Of a DNA stretch of 64,000 nucleotides, positions 35,371 through 47,876 are shown in pieces. A program made the translations under genes and the position numbers. Position 1 is the first letter of the stretch. Every line of letters starts with the position of its first letter. The stretch comes from Yuukianura sp. NJ FZ-2021 (lineage: Eukaryota): the NCBI GenBank assembly GCA_046563655.1, contig CM102286.1:2604001-2668000 (forward strand), in the 5' to 3' direction. The notes under the pieces are model-generated. The model worked only from the letters and a program-made list of their open reading frames with translations. It was not told the origin of the DNA and did not search any database.

Positions 35371-35890
35371 TAGGGCTGTTCAAGTTCCGGTGCCAGAAAC
35401 GGAACGGAACTTATTTCCGGTGTCGTTTCGTTTCCGTTTCCACATTTTTTGGAAACGAACTTTCGGTTCCAGTTCCGTTTCGTTTCCAGTTCCATGGTAT
35501 GATGGAAGCGTTTCCTTGAGGAAACGGAACTGGAACCGGATGAATTGATTTTAGGGCAAATTTTGAAGCGCGAATCTCAAACTGGAAATAACAAACAACA
35601 CTTTTTCAAATAATTGAGTAGACTCAATAACTTGTTTGGAATGAACAAATGGATTATTTGTCGATTTGTTTCTCAATTTGAAGTTGGATAGCTAGCGGCA
35701 GGGCAGAATGTCGTTGAAATTGCCTTGCATAAGATATAATCCACATGCCAAAACTGGCCACAAGAAACGGTTCCGTTTCGTTTCGTTTCCCAATTTTTAA
35801 ACTAGTTCCGTTCCATTTTCAAAAACTCGGTTCCAGTGCCGTTTCCGTTTCCTCTTGGAAACGGAACGGAACGGAACTTGAACAGCCCTA
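35371..35890. mobile_element. hAT-superfamily MITE (520 bp)
   Basis: 19-bp TIR TAGGGCTGTTCAAGTTCCG; 8-bp TSD GGTTTGAC at 35363-35370 and 35891-35898; subterminal GTTCC/GGAAC pentamer arrays. Confidence 0.92.
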
Positions 35891-36062
35891 GGTTTGACGT
35901 TTGTCGGTATTATTTGTGTTTTCCAAAATAATAAGCGTGGTTACACTTAATTGTTCTAAGTTGCTAGGATTGATTAGCCAGTTGGTTTCAAATAGTCGGA
36001 AAATAAGATCAAGCAACAATTAATTCATTAAATTAACAATTTAATTAAAAATAACTTGTTAT

Positions 36063-39000
36063 TCATTTCGCACCTCCGCCACCAAAAGTCCACTTTGGTA
36101 GTGGGACATACGATGACCAGCCACCATTTGTCGACTCCTCCTTTTGCGGCTGTCCATGAGTATACCCTGTCATCCAGAAATTAATAAATATTCATAAATT
36201 AATATTAATATTAATAAAAATCACAATGATCAAGTTCTCATCAAAGTTTACCCGCAACTGCTGCTTCAATTTGCTCAGCTTCACCTGGCGACAATCGTAG
36301 AATTGTTCTGAGCACTGGAACCAATCGCAGCTTTTCATCTTCACCATGCAAAGTGACAAACTAATTTAAAAAGTACAAAATCGTGATCAAGATGAAACTG
36401 TTGAATTTTGACTTAAGATGTTCTCCATATGGATTTTTACCTTGAGAACAATGTTCTTCAGGTACTCGGTATTTTCTTTTAGGTGTTCCTTTCTCTCACT
36501 GTCACGCTCTAACCTCCGAATTTCTTGTTTCAAAGTGTCACTCAACTGGGTAAGCCGTTCACAGTTTGACTCTGACTCTCGCAGTATGTTTTGTAGGTGC
36601 TTGATTTGATTTTGAAATCGAATGAGTTCCTCTTTCAGAGCAGACTGTGATGGCTGTACAACGGTACTGGATGAGTTCGAACGGGAATGTGGTCCATTGT
36701 ATAGTTCTGAGAAAAAAAAAAACTTAAGTGAGTTTTAAGCAAATGGATGTAAGTTCAAGAATGTTTGGTGTTTGCTTACCCTTCGACAAGTTATCTATAT
36801 CAGTACTCAGGAGTTGCTCAAATGTTAAATCACAGGCAGCAGCGGACGGAGTCTGCAGTAAGTTGACCGGACTCTGGTTATTTTCAGAACCCTGCAACAT
36901 ATAAAACGTCAAATTCATAAAACTGGTAAGAACAATTAATAGGATTTTGAAAAGTTAAACTGTAGAAGCACTTATAACTAACCTCGCATTCTCCTCGAGG
37001 CATCATCCTCAATTGATCGATTCCAAGTCCTCCTGAGGATGTATCGATTTGCAGAGGCATGTTCATTGGAACGGAGGATTCCACTACTTCAGCCTTTACG
37101 TTATCTTAAAAACAAATATACTGGTGAGGTTAGTTGAAACAGCATTTAGAAATTATCATTTGATTGAATAGCAAAACACTGGCTTACTATGAGTGGACAG
37201 TGGTCTGGAATCTTCAAGAGAATCATTTAATACTTTCAAGTTCACAATTTCGGTTTCTAAAGTCTTGATTTTCTTCTCATACCCAGTCTTCAGCGAATCA
37301 ATTTTCGCCTGTTAATAATCGAAGTGACTTAGTGAATTTGAAATTGAAATCGAAAAGCCTTTCAGCGACTTACCTTGTAAGAGGCGATGAGAGCAGCGTT
37401 CTCGGTCTTCGAATTTTCCAAACTACGTTGAAATTCTGCATCCTTTTGTTTTGTGTATTCCTTCAACTTTTGTATTTCAGTGTCATGAAGTACTTCTTTC
37501 TCGACAGTAGCAGTCTTCAACTGGGTAACTTTTAGTCCAAGTTCGGCTCTCTCCATGCTCAACGTTTCATTCTCCAGCTTGAGTGTCTGCATATCGCTCC
37601 TAGGAGGAACAAACAGAGATCGAGTTCAATCTTAATTGACAAAAATGTATTGGATGCAACGAAACTCTAACTTACTTCAGAACTGCAATCTCTGAGTGAA
37701 AGTCTTGGACAATTTTTTGAAGGTTTTCTAACTCGTCGGACTCAGTTGAGGATTTAGTTGGAGCTGGTTTTTGGGTATTCAGCATCGATTGGGCTTTCCG
37801 CTTATAGTTGCTAAATTCTGACTCCAATTGGGATAATTCCAATTTGAGATTAGAAATATGCGATTCCCGACTTCGCTTATTTTCTTCAAGTACAGAAATC
37901 TGGGGTGGAAGTAATCAAAAGTATTAGAATTATGTTAACCTTGGTATTACGTTGACATATATAAGGTCACATTAAGTTAAATGTGACCTTGCTACCTTAT
38001 GTTCGTGTTGCGAAACTGCTTGTGTCAACCTCTCACAACGTTCGACGAAGGAACTTGATTCAGCTGAAAAGCTGAGCTTCGCTGTGTCATATTCATTCGA
38101 AAGTTTAGTTAGTTCGGACTTTTTCTCAGCAAACTTCTCATTAGCTTTTGCCAGCTCGGTTTGAAGAAACGAAATCTTCTCAGATTTCTGAGCAATATCT
38201 GTCTGTAAATGCAAAAGAAAATGCATGTAGTCCAATGCAGTAATCCAACAGTATAGTTACAGTAGATACCATCAACGAATTCTTTCCTAACCTGGAGTTG
38301 TTCAATCTTGAAGTTCAAGTCGCCGTTGGTCGCTTCGGCTTCCTTAAGTTTTTGCTTACATGTAGACATTAGGTTGTCGTTTTCTTCTATAATGCTTTGC
38401 CGTATTTCCAGCTCCTTCTGAAGATCAAGTAGCCGCTCATTCGCATCAGCCAACTTCTTTTCATAGTCCGTGATTTCAAGGGACATCATAGTACGCTGTC
38501 TCTTTTCCTAATTCAAAAAGTGTTAGAATTAGACATTCCGTTACTCAGCATTTCCCGAAATAACCCTGGAATGGGTTAGTAAAAATCGAAAACATTGCCT
38601 CACTTGTTTCATATCGACTTGTTCTTCCTTCAAAGTCTTCAATTCTGTTTCCAATTCTTCGACTCTGATTTTCAATACTTTTAGTTCTTCTTCTCTTGCC
38701 TGGGTCAATATCATCGTCCCTGCAAGTTCTTTCGATGAGTCCAAAAGACTCTGGAAACAAACAAAATACAAAATTAGAAAACCATTTGCTAAATCTCGCA
38801 TTTAACTTCCAGACTATCCACACCAAATTACCTTAACTTGAGCTTGGTATTCAAAGTTCGCTTCTTTAAGTTGGACATTCTCCTTAACTGCGAACTGGAG
38901 ATCTTTCTGTAGAGAAGATTCGAGCTTTTTGTACTTTTCAACGTCATCTAGAGCTTTGTCAAACTGTTGCTGGATAGTAGACAGGTTCTGACTTTTAGCA

Positions 39001-39356
39001 CTGATCTTCGCATTTTCATTCTGAAGACGCTCGATTTCCTGTGTTTTCTCCAACACAGACTTCTTCAGTTTTAGAGCAACTTCTCTGAGCTAAAAGCGAA
39101 ACAACAGCTAAAGTTTAAACAGTGTAGGATTGATAACCATTTGGTAATATTCAGTTACTTTTGCATATTTGTTTTCCCAAGACTCATCTCCAATGGCAGC
39201 TGGAGACATCACAGGGGTTGCACTTCGCGGAATTAGGTTAGACTTTGAGCCTTCGTCCACTGACTGTGCCGGAGATTCCGACATCGTTGTCTCCGTGACA
39301 TGAATGATAGCAGTGCTTGGATGCGTTGCGGCTCCGGCATCTCCATCTGATTCCAT
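36063..39356 (-). CDS. GRIP and coiled-coil golgin (GCC2/GCC185-like), many exons
   Basis: Long coiled-coil exons; C-terminal GRIP ENTEYLKNIVLK|FVTL...LRLVPVLRTILRLSP; tail GWSSYVPLPKW. Confidence 0.8.
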
Positions 39357-40170
39357 AAAGCTCCCAAAGATATCAAACTGCCCTCACGTACTATTATCTA
39401 CATGTAATTCAAAAATTCAATCCATCATCCATAAAAAATCTTTGATTACACCGAACAGCTGATTTCGAAAATGTCATGAGGAGTTATTACCTGTAGAAGA
39501 TTCGGGCTCCGCAATAGTACGGTTAAATTGTAGACCCAAATTTAACACGGTTAAATTGGCAGCGGTTCTGAACTCGGCGACTGCTCGACACGTAACAAAA
39601 AATTATCGCAAATCTCAATTAACAGGATGAATATTCTACAATAGTCTTTGACTTGCTGTCGTACTCGTAATTTGGAGGAAGGTTTTGGTACAGGTTACAC
39701 ACAAAGAAGGCAACCCAAATCCCCATGCACATAAGGAGATCCACATAAGTAATAGCGGCATTTCATTCAGACAAGTCAAGTGGGTGTATTGGTATCGTGT
39801 GTCTTGATTTGATTTGCCTTGATTTTTGTTGACAGTCACAGTAAAAGACGGCAATAACGTCATTCGATCTACCGATTCCAATTGAAGGAATTTCATTTCA
39901 AAAGTTGGCTAACTGGCAGTTTCAAAGTTGTGACGTTGTGAGAAAATGATAATTTAGATTAGATTAATATTAATCGTTCAAAGGTCAACATCTTTGTTTT
40001 TTCCAGGACGAAGTCACTTTGGAATTGGATACCGGCTGTTGCAATTGCTAGTAGAACTTCTGTGATCATCATACCTAAGGGTAATTAACTAGTTTTTGGG
40101 TATTTAGATTCAGAACGTCGTAAAGTTAGCAGCATTGGTGAATAACGAATATTTTTTTATAGTAAGAACA

Positions 40171-41321
40171 ATGGCTACTTCCAAGGCGCTGAGGACCTTG
40201 ACTGACGCTGATTTGCTTTACCCACCAATTGAGCCATTTGCAACTGGAAAGTTGCCGGTATCGAAAATTCATACAATTTACTACGAGCAATGTGGAAACA
40301 AGGATGGGATACCAATTGTTTTCGTCCATGGGTATGTTAAATACTTCAGAAAATTGAATCTACGGTAATGTGATAATGTGGACTGAAAGTTTAACTTTGA
40401 TTATCCAATTTTTAGTGGTCCTGGAGGTGGTATTGGTCCGAGAGACAGAAGATTTTTTGACCCCGCTGTCTACCATGCTATTTTGTTCGACCAACGAGGA
40501 TCCGGTCAATCAACGCCATGCTTTTGTTTAGAAGAAAACGATACTTGGTCACTGGTGGAAGACATGGAAAAGCTTCGGTAGGTTTAAACGATGGTCAAAC
40601 GATGCTTTGTATCCGTCCATAGTTAATTCGTGTTTTTTTTTTTAGAAAACATCTTGGGATTGACAAATGGATTCTCTTCGGCGGAAGTTGGGGCTCCACT
40701 CTATCTCTGGCGTATGCGGAGACACACATCGACCGTGTCATGGCAATGATCATGCGTGGCATCTTCACTCTCCGTGACTCAGAAGTTCGATGGTTCTATC
40801 AAGAAGGTGCTTCTTTTCTGTACCCAGACATGTGGGACGAATACTTGAAGCCAATTCCAGAAAACGAGCGGCATGACCTTGTCTCTGCCTATCACAAGCG
40901 GCTAACTGGAGACGACGAGCAAGAGAAGATGGCGTGTGCCAAGGCCTGGAGCAAATGGGAAATGGCCACTTCCCAACTATTCGTCAATCAGGAAAACTTA
41001 AAGAAATGTACAGACGACGCTTGGTCGTTGGCATTTGCTCGCATAGAGTGTCACTACTTTATGAACAAAGGATTTTTTAAAACACCAAATCAGCTCATTG
41101 ACAATGCCAAAATCATTCATGCCAGTGGTATTCCAGTTACTATTGTTCAGGGGAGATATGACGTGGTCTGTCCAGCAAAAACTGCTTGGGAGTTGTACAA
41201 ACAATTGCCGAATGCTGAATTCCATTTGCTTGAAGACTGTGGCCATTCTGCACGGGAAATCAGCATAACCGAAAAGTTGGTCCAGGCTTGTGATAAATAC
41301 AAGGGCATTTGGAAAAACTAA
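40171..41321 (+). CDS. Proline iminopeptidase (prolyl aminopeptidase, family S33). Exons 40171-40331, 40416-40577, 40645-41321
   Basis: LYPPIEPF, HGGPGGG, FDQRGSG, nucleophile motif GGSWG, AFARIECHYF, QGRYDVVCP and GHS. Confidence 0.93.
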
Positions 41322-41723
41322 TTTTCCAGAAAACAAATATTTTGGAATAAAATATTGGTTGTAAAGTTCATGTTCTAATAATTGCCGAATTCCATTTTTT
41401 TTTTCCAAAAAATAGGCGTTTTCATCATCCCTGACTTTTACTAAAATCGCCTGATACGATAAAGTTCAATAAGTCTTTTGTGTCAGTCTAAGCTTTTCAT
41501 GCTTTTCGTGCAATTTCAATTGTTGACTGGAAATGATATGGCAGATGTCATTTTTACTTCTTTTTTTCTGCAGTGCCCGCATTTTTTTCGTTCAGTTCAT
41601 CAAAATTTGCATACCACTTCGCTTCCGTTTACCAATTTGAGTAAAACGGGAGCTGAAACTTTTTGAACTGCTTTGAAAATCGGCAAACTAAAATTGACTT
41701 TCGAAGTTATTTTAAATTTGAAA

Positions 41724-44082
41724 ATGAGTACAAACATTAGACATTTCAAAAACATTGGCAGCTACCGCATCTTACTCTGTATTGCACTGACGCTATTTTT
41801 CAGCTACACCTTCATATCAAATTTGAATTCATCCAAAGATGAACTTTCTTTACAAGGAGATTTGACATCATTTGCATCCAGTTTGACGCGAACAATATTT
41901 TCAAGTGAGCCTCTAAAAATTTTAGAAAAGCAACAACTTTTTCTACACAATGGTTCTCAAATTCTTTTTTTTTTGCAGGTATTGATGAAAACTTTTGCCA
42001 CTTCCCAAAGTTGGAGCCCTTTGACAAATCAATTTTGAAGTTTGTTAAAAAAGTAGATCCAATTGACTGTACAAAAGATGCTGGAAGTCCTTACCAATTG
42101 CTATTCAGTATCACCAGAAACGGAACGCTAGCTCCGGAACGTCCGTACAAGGCTTACAATTTTTCAAAATGCTGTTTTATACCACTCCATGAACCACAGA
42201 AAATTTCTTGGTAAAAAAAGATTAATACACAAGAATAAGTTTTTGTTATCAAAAATCAACAAACTTCTTTATTAAAAAAGAACCAATCATACTAACAATT
42301 TTTTTTTCTCGTAGCAGGGGATTATCTCAAAAACAATAACCGCGAATTCAGCAAGTTGGCAATAGTGGAACTGGAACTTGGGGTGTGGATACTTTTAATT
42401 AGCTGGGCGTGTGATTAGTTTCGTTGTTTATGTTATTTCAGTGTTGCCGACTTGTGGAATTCGCGGTTATGGTTTTCGCGCTCATGACCTCGAACTTTTA
42501 TTTCTGTAGGTCGGAGAAGTTATGCAAGAACATCGAGGGACCGGTGCAGCTAAAACTCGAAGACGAATTTCTTGCAATTTTTTGTTTAAAGAATTCAACA
42601 GCATTGATTCCTCAACTTGTGGATTTACTATGCTACACACCAATCAAACCAGGATTGGAAGCATCTTTAACAAAAATAGCCGAAAACAGGTCAAGGTCAA
42701 ACAAAAGTCACCAGATGAATGTCATTGTGTTTGGAATAGATGCCGTGTCACATCTCAATTTTCAACGTACCATGCCCAAAAGCCGTAATTACCTACTGAA
42801 TACAATGGGGGCTCATTTTCTCAACGGATATACCAAAGTAGCGGACAATACATTTCCAAATTTAGTTCCAGTTTTGACAGGAATGGACGTTGACGAATTA
42901 ACTCATCGCTGTTGGCCTACTAAAAAGTCATACTTTGACTCATGTCCAATCATCTGGAAAAATTTCAGTTCTGAAGGTTACCGAACATCGTATAGCGAAG
43001 ATGCTGTTTGGATGGGAACTTTCACTTATCTGAAGAAAGGCTTCCAGCATCCTCCTACGGACTACTACTTAAATGATTTCATGTTGTCTTCTGCTAGAAA
43101 TATTGGACATTGGAAACATGGAAATGCAAAGTTATGTTATGGGCCACGACTAGCATTTTCAATACTTCTGGACAACATGGAGAAGTTGGCTGTAACAATG
43201 GGTCCTAAACGTCCGTATTTTCAATTTACTTGGGCCACGTCCATTACACATGACTCACTGAATTATCCAACAATCGTTGATAACCAATTTAAATCGTCGT
43301 TAGAATTTCTTCAAAATGGAAATTTTTTGAACAATTCCGTTTTGATTATCATGAGTGACCATGGAATAAGGTATGGTAGCATTCGAAAAACATTTCAAGG
43401 AAAAGTTGAAGAAAATATGCCACTTTTGTATGCTGTTTTCCCTCCATGGTTTAAACAAACCTACTCCAAGGCTTTTAACAACTTTGTCCAAAATGGCCAA
43501 CGGTTAACTACCCCATTTGATATTTATGAAACGCTTAAAGATATACTAAATTTGAATGAAATCGAAAACGCTCAAATTCAAACAACACAAAAATCGTTAG
43601 CTAACAATTTGCTCCCGCGTGGAATCAGTTTATTCCTCGAAATTCCGAGTAATCGTACATGTGAAGATGCTGCCATTCCAGACACTTACTGTGTGTGTCA
43701 TGCCATGCGTTCAGTATCCATTGAATCTCGCGGAGTAGTTCGCGCCGTAGAAGCGGCGGTGGCAAGTTTAAATTTTTTGCTCAAACCGTACCACCTATGT
43801 TCCAAACTGAAGTTGAACGAGACTGTTACAGCACATAGTGTTGATTTGCGCGGGAACAGCACTGATCTTTTGAAAGTAAAGCCTAAAGAGTTTGTTGTTG
43901 TTTTCAAAACGACACCAGGGGGCGCCCTCTTTGAGGCCACTGTGATATCATATGGGAAAACGGACATTGATAGCCCCAGGCGCCATTGGACAGTGGCGGG
44001 TGATATAAGTAGAATTAATGAATATGGTAACCAAAGCCACTGTGTTGACGAAACAACTGTGAAAAAATATTGCTACTGTTGA
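41724..44082 (+). CDS. DUF229-family type II membrane protein (alkaline phosphatase superfamily), copy 1, 3 exons
   Basis: N-terminal TM anchor; motifs GIDAVS, KVADNTFPNL, THD, MSDHG and LTTPFD; C-terminal KKYCYC. Confidence 0.85.
42318..42489. mobile_element. Foldback/MITE-like insertion in DUF229 copy 1, intron 2
   Basis: Inverted arms aataaccgcgaattcagcaagttggcaa ... ttgccgacttgtggaattcgcggttat. Confidence 0.7.
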
Positions 44083-44798
44083 CGTTACATAAGAAAATGT
44101 TAATCGTACCTCCAATGTTAATGTAATTTAATGTAATAAAATAAGCTTAGTGTGAGAATATGCTGCGTATTGCTAACGTTAACCTTACAGATGGCGCCTA
44201 TACTGCCTATGATATAGCATCATCAGTATTAAATTATTTGACTCATTTTGAAAGGCACTACTTTATACATCAAGCTTGTCTGTCTGTCTGTCCGTCCGAT
44301 TATTTTAAAGCTGTAATTTTGTAAAGGATTACTTAAAATAAAGTCATTCTCATTACTCGTCTCCTCTATACTAACTTTTGTTCTTGGTACTGACACTATG
44401 ATGACGTTGAATAATAAATGCTTGAGTAATGTGAAGCCTTCTTAACTATTGCAGCAGTAAACACAATTAACTTGATTAGTTTTCCAAGAAATTAGTGGAA
44501 ATGGACCATAAAAGTAAGAAGACAACAGCAATAAAAGAAATACAGATAATGAATACTCTATATCAAGTTATGATGTGCCGGGCACATGCGCAAGTCGCAT
44601 TGCGACTTTTATCTGACATTTCGGTCATTACAGTCATTTTAGAGATTTCAAACCAAAATATTAAAAATCAAAACGTAAAGTGACCGAAACTGGTAACACA
44701 AACACTGTGTATCAAAACTGCATTTACTTCAGTTTTCCAGAAAATCAGAAAACGAAAATTGTCTTTCCAATTTTCGTAACATTTTTTTAAATTTGAAA

Positions 44799-47028
44799 AT
44801 GAGTGCACCAACTAGCCCAAACGCTAGACATTTCAAAAAATGTGGCAAGTATCATATCTTACTCTGTATTTCACTCACGCTGTTTTTCAGTTACAGTTTC
44901 ATATCATATTGGAGATCATCCAAAGTGGAAATTGCTGCTCAAGACGAGTTGACAACGCTTGCAACTGGTGTGACCCCAACAATGGATTCAACCGACATTG
45001 TCATAAGTAAGCCTCTCAAAAAAATTTAAAAAAAAATTTTTTTTACAGGTTTTTTTTTCACTCTTTTTTTATTGAAAATTTATTTTGCAGGTATTGATGA
45101 AAACTTGTGTCACTTACCAAAGCTTAAGCCTTTTGACCAGTCAATTTTGAAATTCGTGGACCAAGTAGATCCAATTGACTGTACAAAAGATGCTGAAAGT
45201 CCGTACCACTTGGTATTCAGTATCACCAGCAACGGGACGCTAACTCCGGAATACCAGCCCAAGGCTTACAATTTGTCAAATTGTTGTTTTATACCAATCG
45301 ATGGCCCAACCATAAATTCGTGGTAAAAAAAAGATTATTACACAAAAAAAATTAATGTTTTTGATTAAAAAAAATGGAAACCATACTCAAAAAAAGTAAA
45401 CAAAGCGAGTTCTCGCTTTGATATTTTTCGCGCTAATAACCTCGAACTTTTGTTTCTGTAGGTCGTCGGAGAAGATATGCATTGAAATTGCGGGCCCTGT
45501 GCAGCTAGAACTGGAACATGAATTTATCGTGATTTTTTGTTCAAAAGCATTTAATCTGGAACTAGTAGATTTACTATCCTACACACCAATCAAACCAGAA
45601 TTGGAAGCATCTTTAACAAAAATAACCGAAAACAGGTCAAGGTCAAACAAAAGTCACCAGATGAACGTCATCGTGTTTGGAATGGATTCCGTGTCACATC
45701 TCAATTTTCAACGAACCATGCCCAAAAGCCGTAATTACCTACTGAATACAATGGGGGCGCATTTTCTCAACGGATATACCAAAGTAGCGGACAATACATT
45801 TCCGAATTTAGTTCCAGTTTTGGCAGGAATGGACGTCGACGAATTGACTCTTCGCTGTTGGCCTACTAAAAAGTCATACTTTGACTCATGTCCATTCATC
45901 TGGAAAAATTTCAGTTCCGAAGGTTACCGAACTTCTTATAGCGAAGATGCTGTTTCAATGGGGACTTTTACTTATCTGATGAAAGGTTTCCTGCATCCAC
46001 CTACTGACTACTACTTAAATGACTTCATGTTATCTTCTGCTAGAGAAATTGGACATTGGAAACCTGGAAATGCAAAGTTATGTCATGGACCACGACTAGC
46101 ATTCGCAATACTTCTAGACAACATGGAGAAATTAGCCGTGACAATGGGTCCAGAGCGGCCCTATTTTCAATTTACTTGGGCAACATCGATGACACACGAT
46201 AAGCTCAATTATCCAAGAATTGTGGATGGTCACTTTAAAGCGTCGTTAGAATTTCTTCAAAATGGAAATTTTTTGAACAATTCCGTTTTAATTGTTATGA
46301 GTGACCATGGAATAAGGTTTGGCAAAATTCGAAAAACGTTTCAAGGAAAAGTTGAGGAAAATATGCCACTTTTGTATGCTGTTTTCCCCTCATGGTTTAA
46401 ACAAAAGTACTCCAAGGCTTTTAACAACTTTGTCCAAAATGGCCAAAGGTTAACTACTCCATTTGATGTTTATGAAACTCTGAAGGATTTGTTAAATTTG
46501 AGTGAAATCGAAAACGCTCAAATTCAAACAAGGCAAAAATCGTTAGCTAACAATTCCCTCCCGCGTGGAATGAGTTTGTTCCTCGAAATTCCAAGTAATC
46601 GTACTTGTCAAGATGCTGCAATTCCAGACTCTTACTGTGTTTGTCATGCCAGGCGTTCGGTGTCAGTTGAATCTCCCGGAGTAGTGCGAGCTGTAGTAGT
46701 GGCTATTGCGAATATAAATCTTTTGCTCAAACCATACCGGCAATGTTCCCAACTCAAGTTGAACGAGACTGTCACAGCACATAGTGTTGATTTGCGCGGG
46801 AACAGCACTGATCTTTTGAAAGTAAAGCCTAAAGAGTTTGTTGTTGTTTTCAAAACGACACCAGGGGGCGCCCTTTTTGAGGCCACTGTGATATCACATG
46901 GGAAAACGGACATTGATAGCCCCAGGCGCCATTGGACTGTGGCTGGAGATATAAGTAGAATTAATGAATACGGTAACCAAAGCCACTGTGTAAACGAAAC
47001 AACTTTGAAAAAATATTGCTTCTGCTAA
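44799..47028 (+). CDS. DUF229-family protein, copy 2, 3 exons
   Basis: Tandem paralog with the same exon structure and motifs. Confidence 0.85.
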
Positions 47029-47876
47029 CATTACCTACCTATCATAATACTTCCAATGTTAACGTAATAAAAATATAATGTAATGAAAATGATGTAAGGA
47101 TATTGTAAACATATGCTGCGTAATTGTAACGTTAACCTTACAAATGGCGCCTATACCACGAATGTTTTAGCATCGGTGTTAATTTTATCGACTCATTGCA
47201 AAAGGGACTACTTTGTAAATATTTGTCTCTCTGTATGTCCGTCCGTCCGGACGTCAGCATCAATTATTTTTGAAACTGTTCAACATTTCCGGGATCTGTT
47301 TTCTCCGGTGGACACTTACGATTAGTGACAACCGCCAATAATAGCGCTCACATTGTACAAAAACGAGCATTGACACATTTTGGGTTAAAAAAAGATGAGA
47401 TTACTTACAGGTGTAATTTGTAAAGGATGCTTTAAATATAGTAATTACTTGTTTCATTTACTAATCTTTGTTGTTTGTCCTTAGTCTTCACTCTATGATG
47501 ACGTCGAATAATAAATCGATCAATAATTTGAAACCTTCTTAAGTATTTTAGCAGTAAACCCAATTAACTTTATTATTTTTCTAAGAAAGTAGTGAAAACG
47601 GACAATTAAAATAAAAAAAAACAATAGCAATAACAGTAGGGATAAGGAGTAGTCAATTTGAAGTTGTACCCGGCGCATTTGCAAAGCGATTTGTTACTAT
47701 TGGTCGGTCAGTTTTAGACGTTTCACACAAAATTTCAAATAGTTGCCGAAACTGGGAACTCTAAAACTGGTATCCGAGTTCACTTCCAGTCTGCCAATTT
47801 GCTTAAGACAGAAGCTGTAGCTTGAAAATCAGAAAACAAAATTGAGTGAAAGTTTCTTGAAATTTCAAATTTGAAG

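Noticed and set aside
35366..35548. 60-aa ORF and short periodic repeats that could suggest a CRISPR-like array
   Set aside because: These are MITE subterminal pentamers; no repeat-spacer structure, and the context is eukaryotic.
44276..47250. GTCT/GTCC microsatellite patches after DUF229 copies 1 and 2, reminiscent of DINE/Helentron repeats
   Set aside because: Very short, with no termini identifiable; explained by duplicated 3' flanks.
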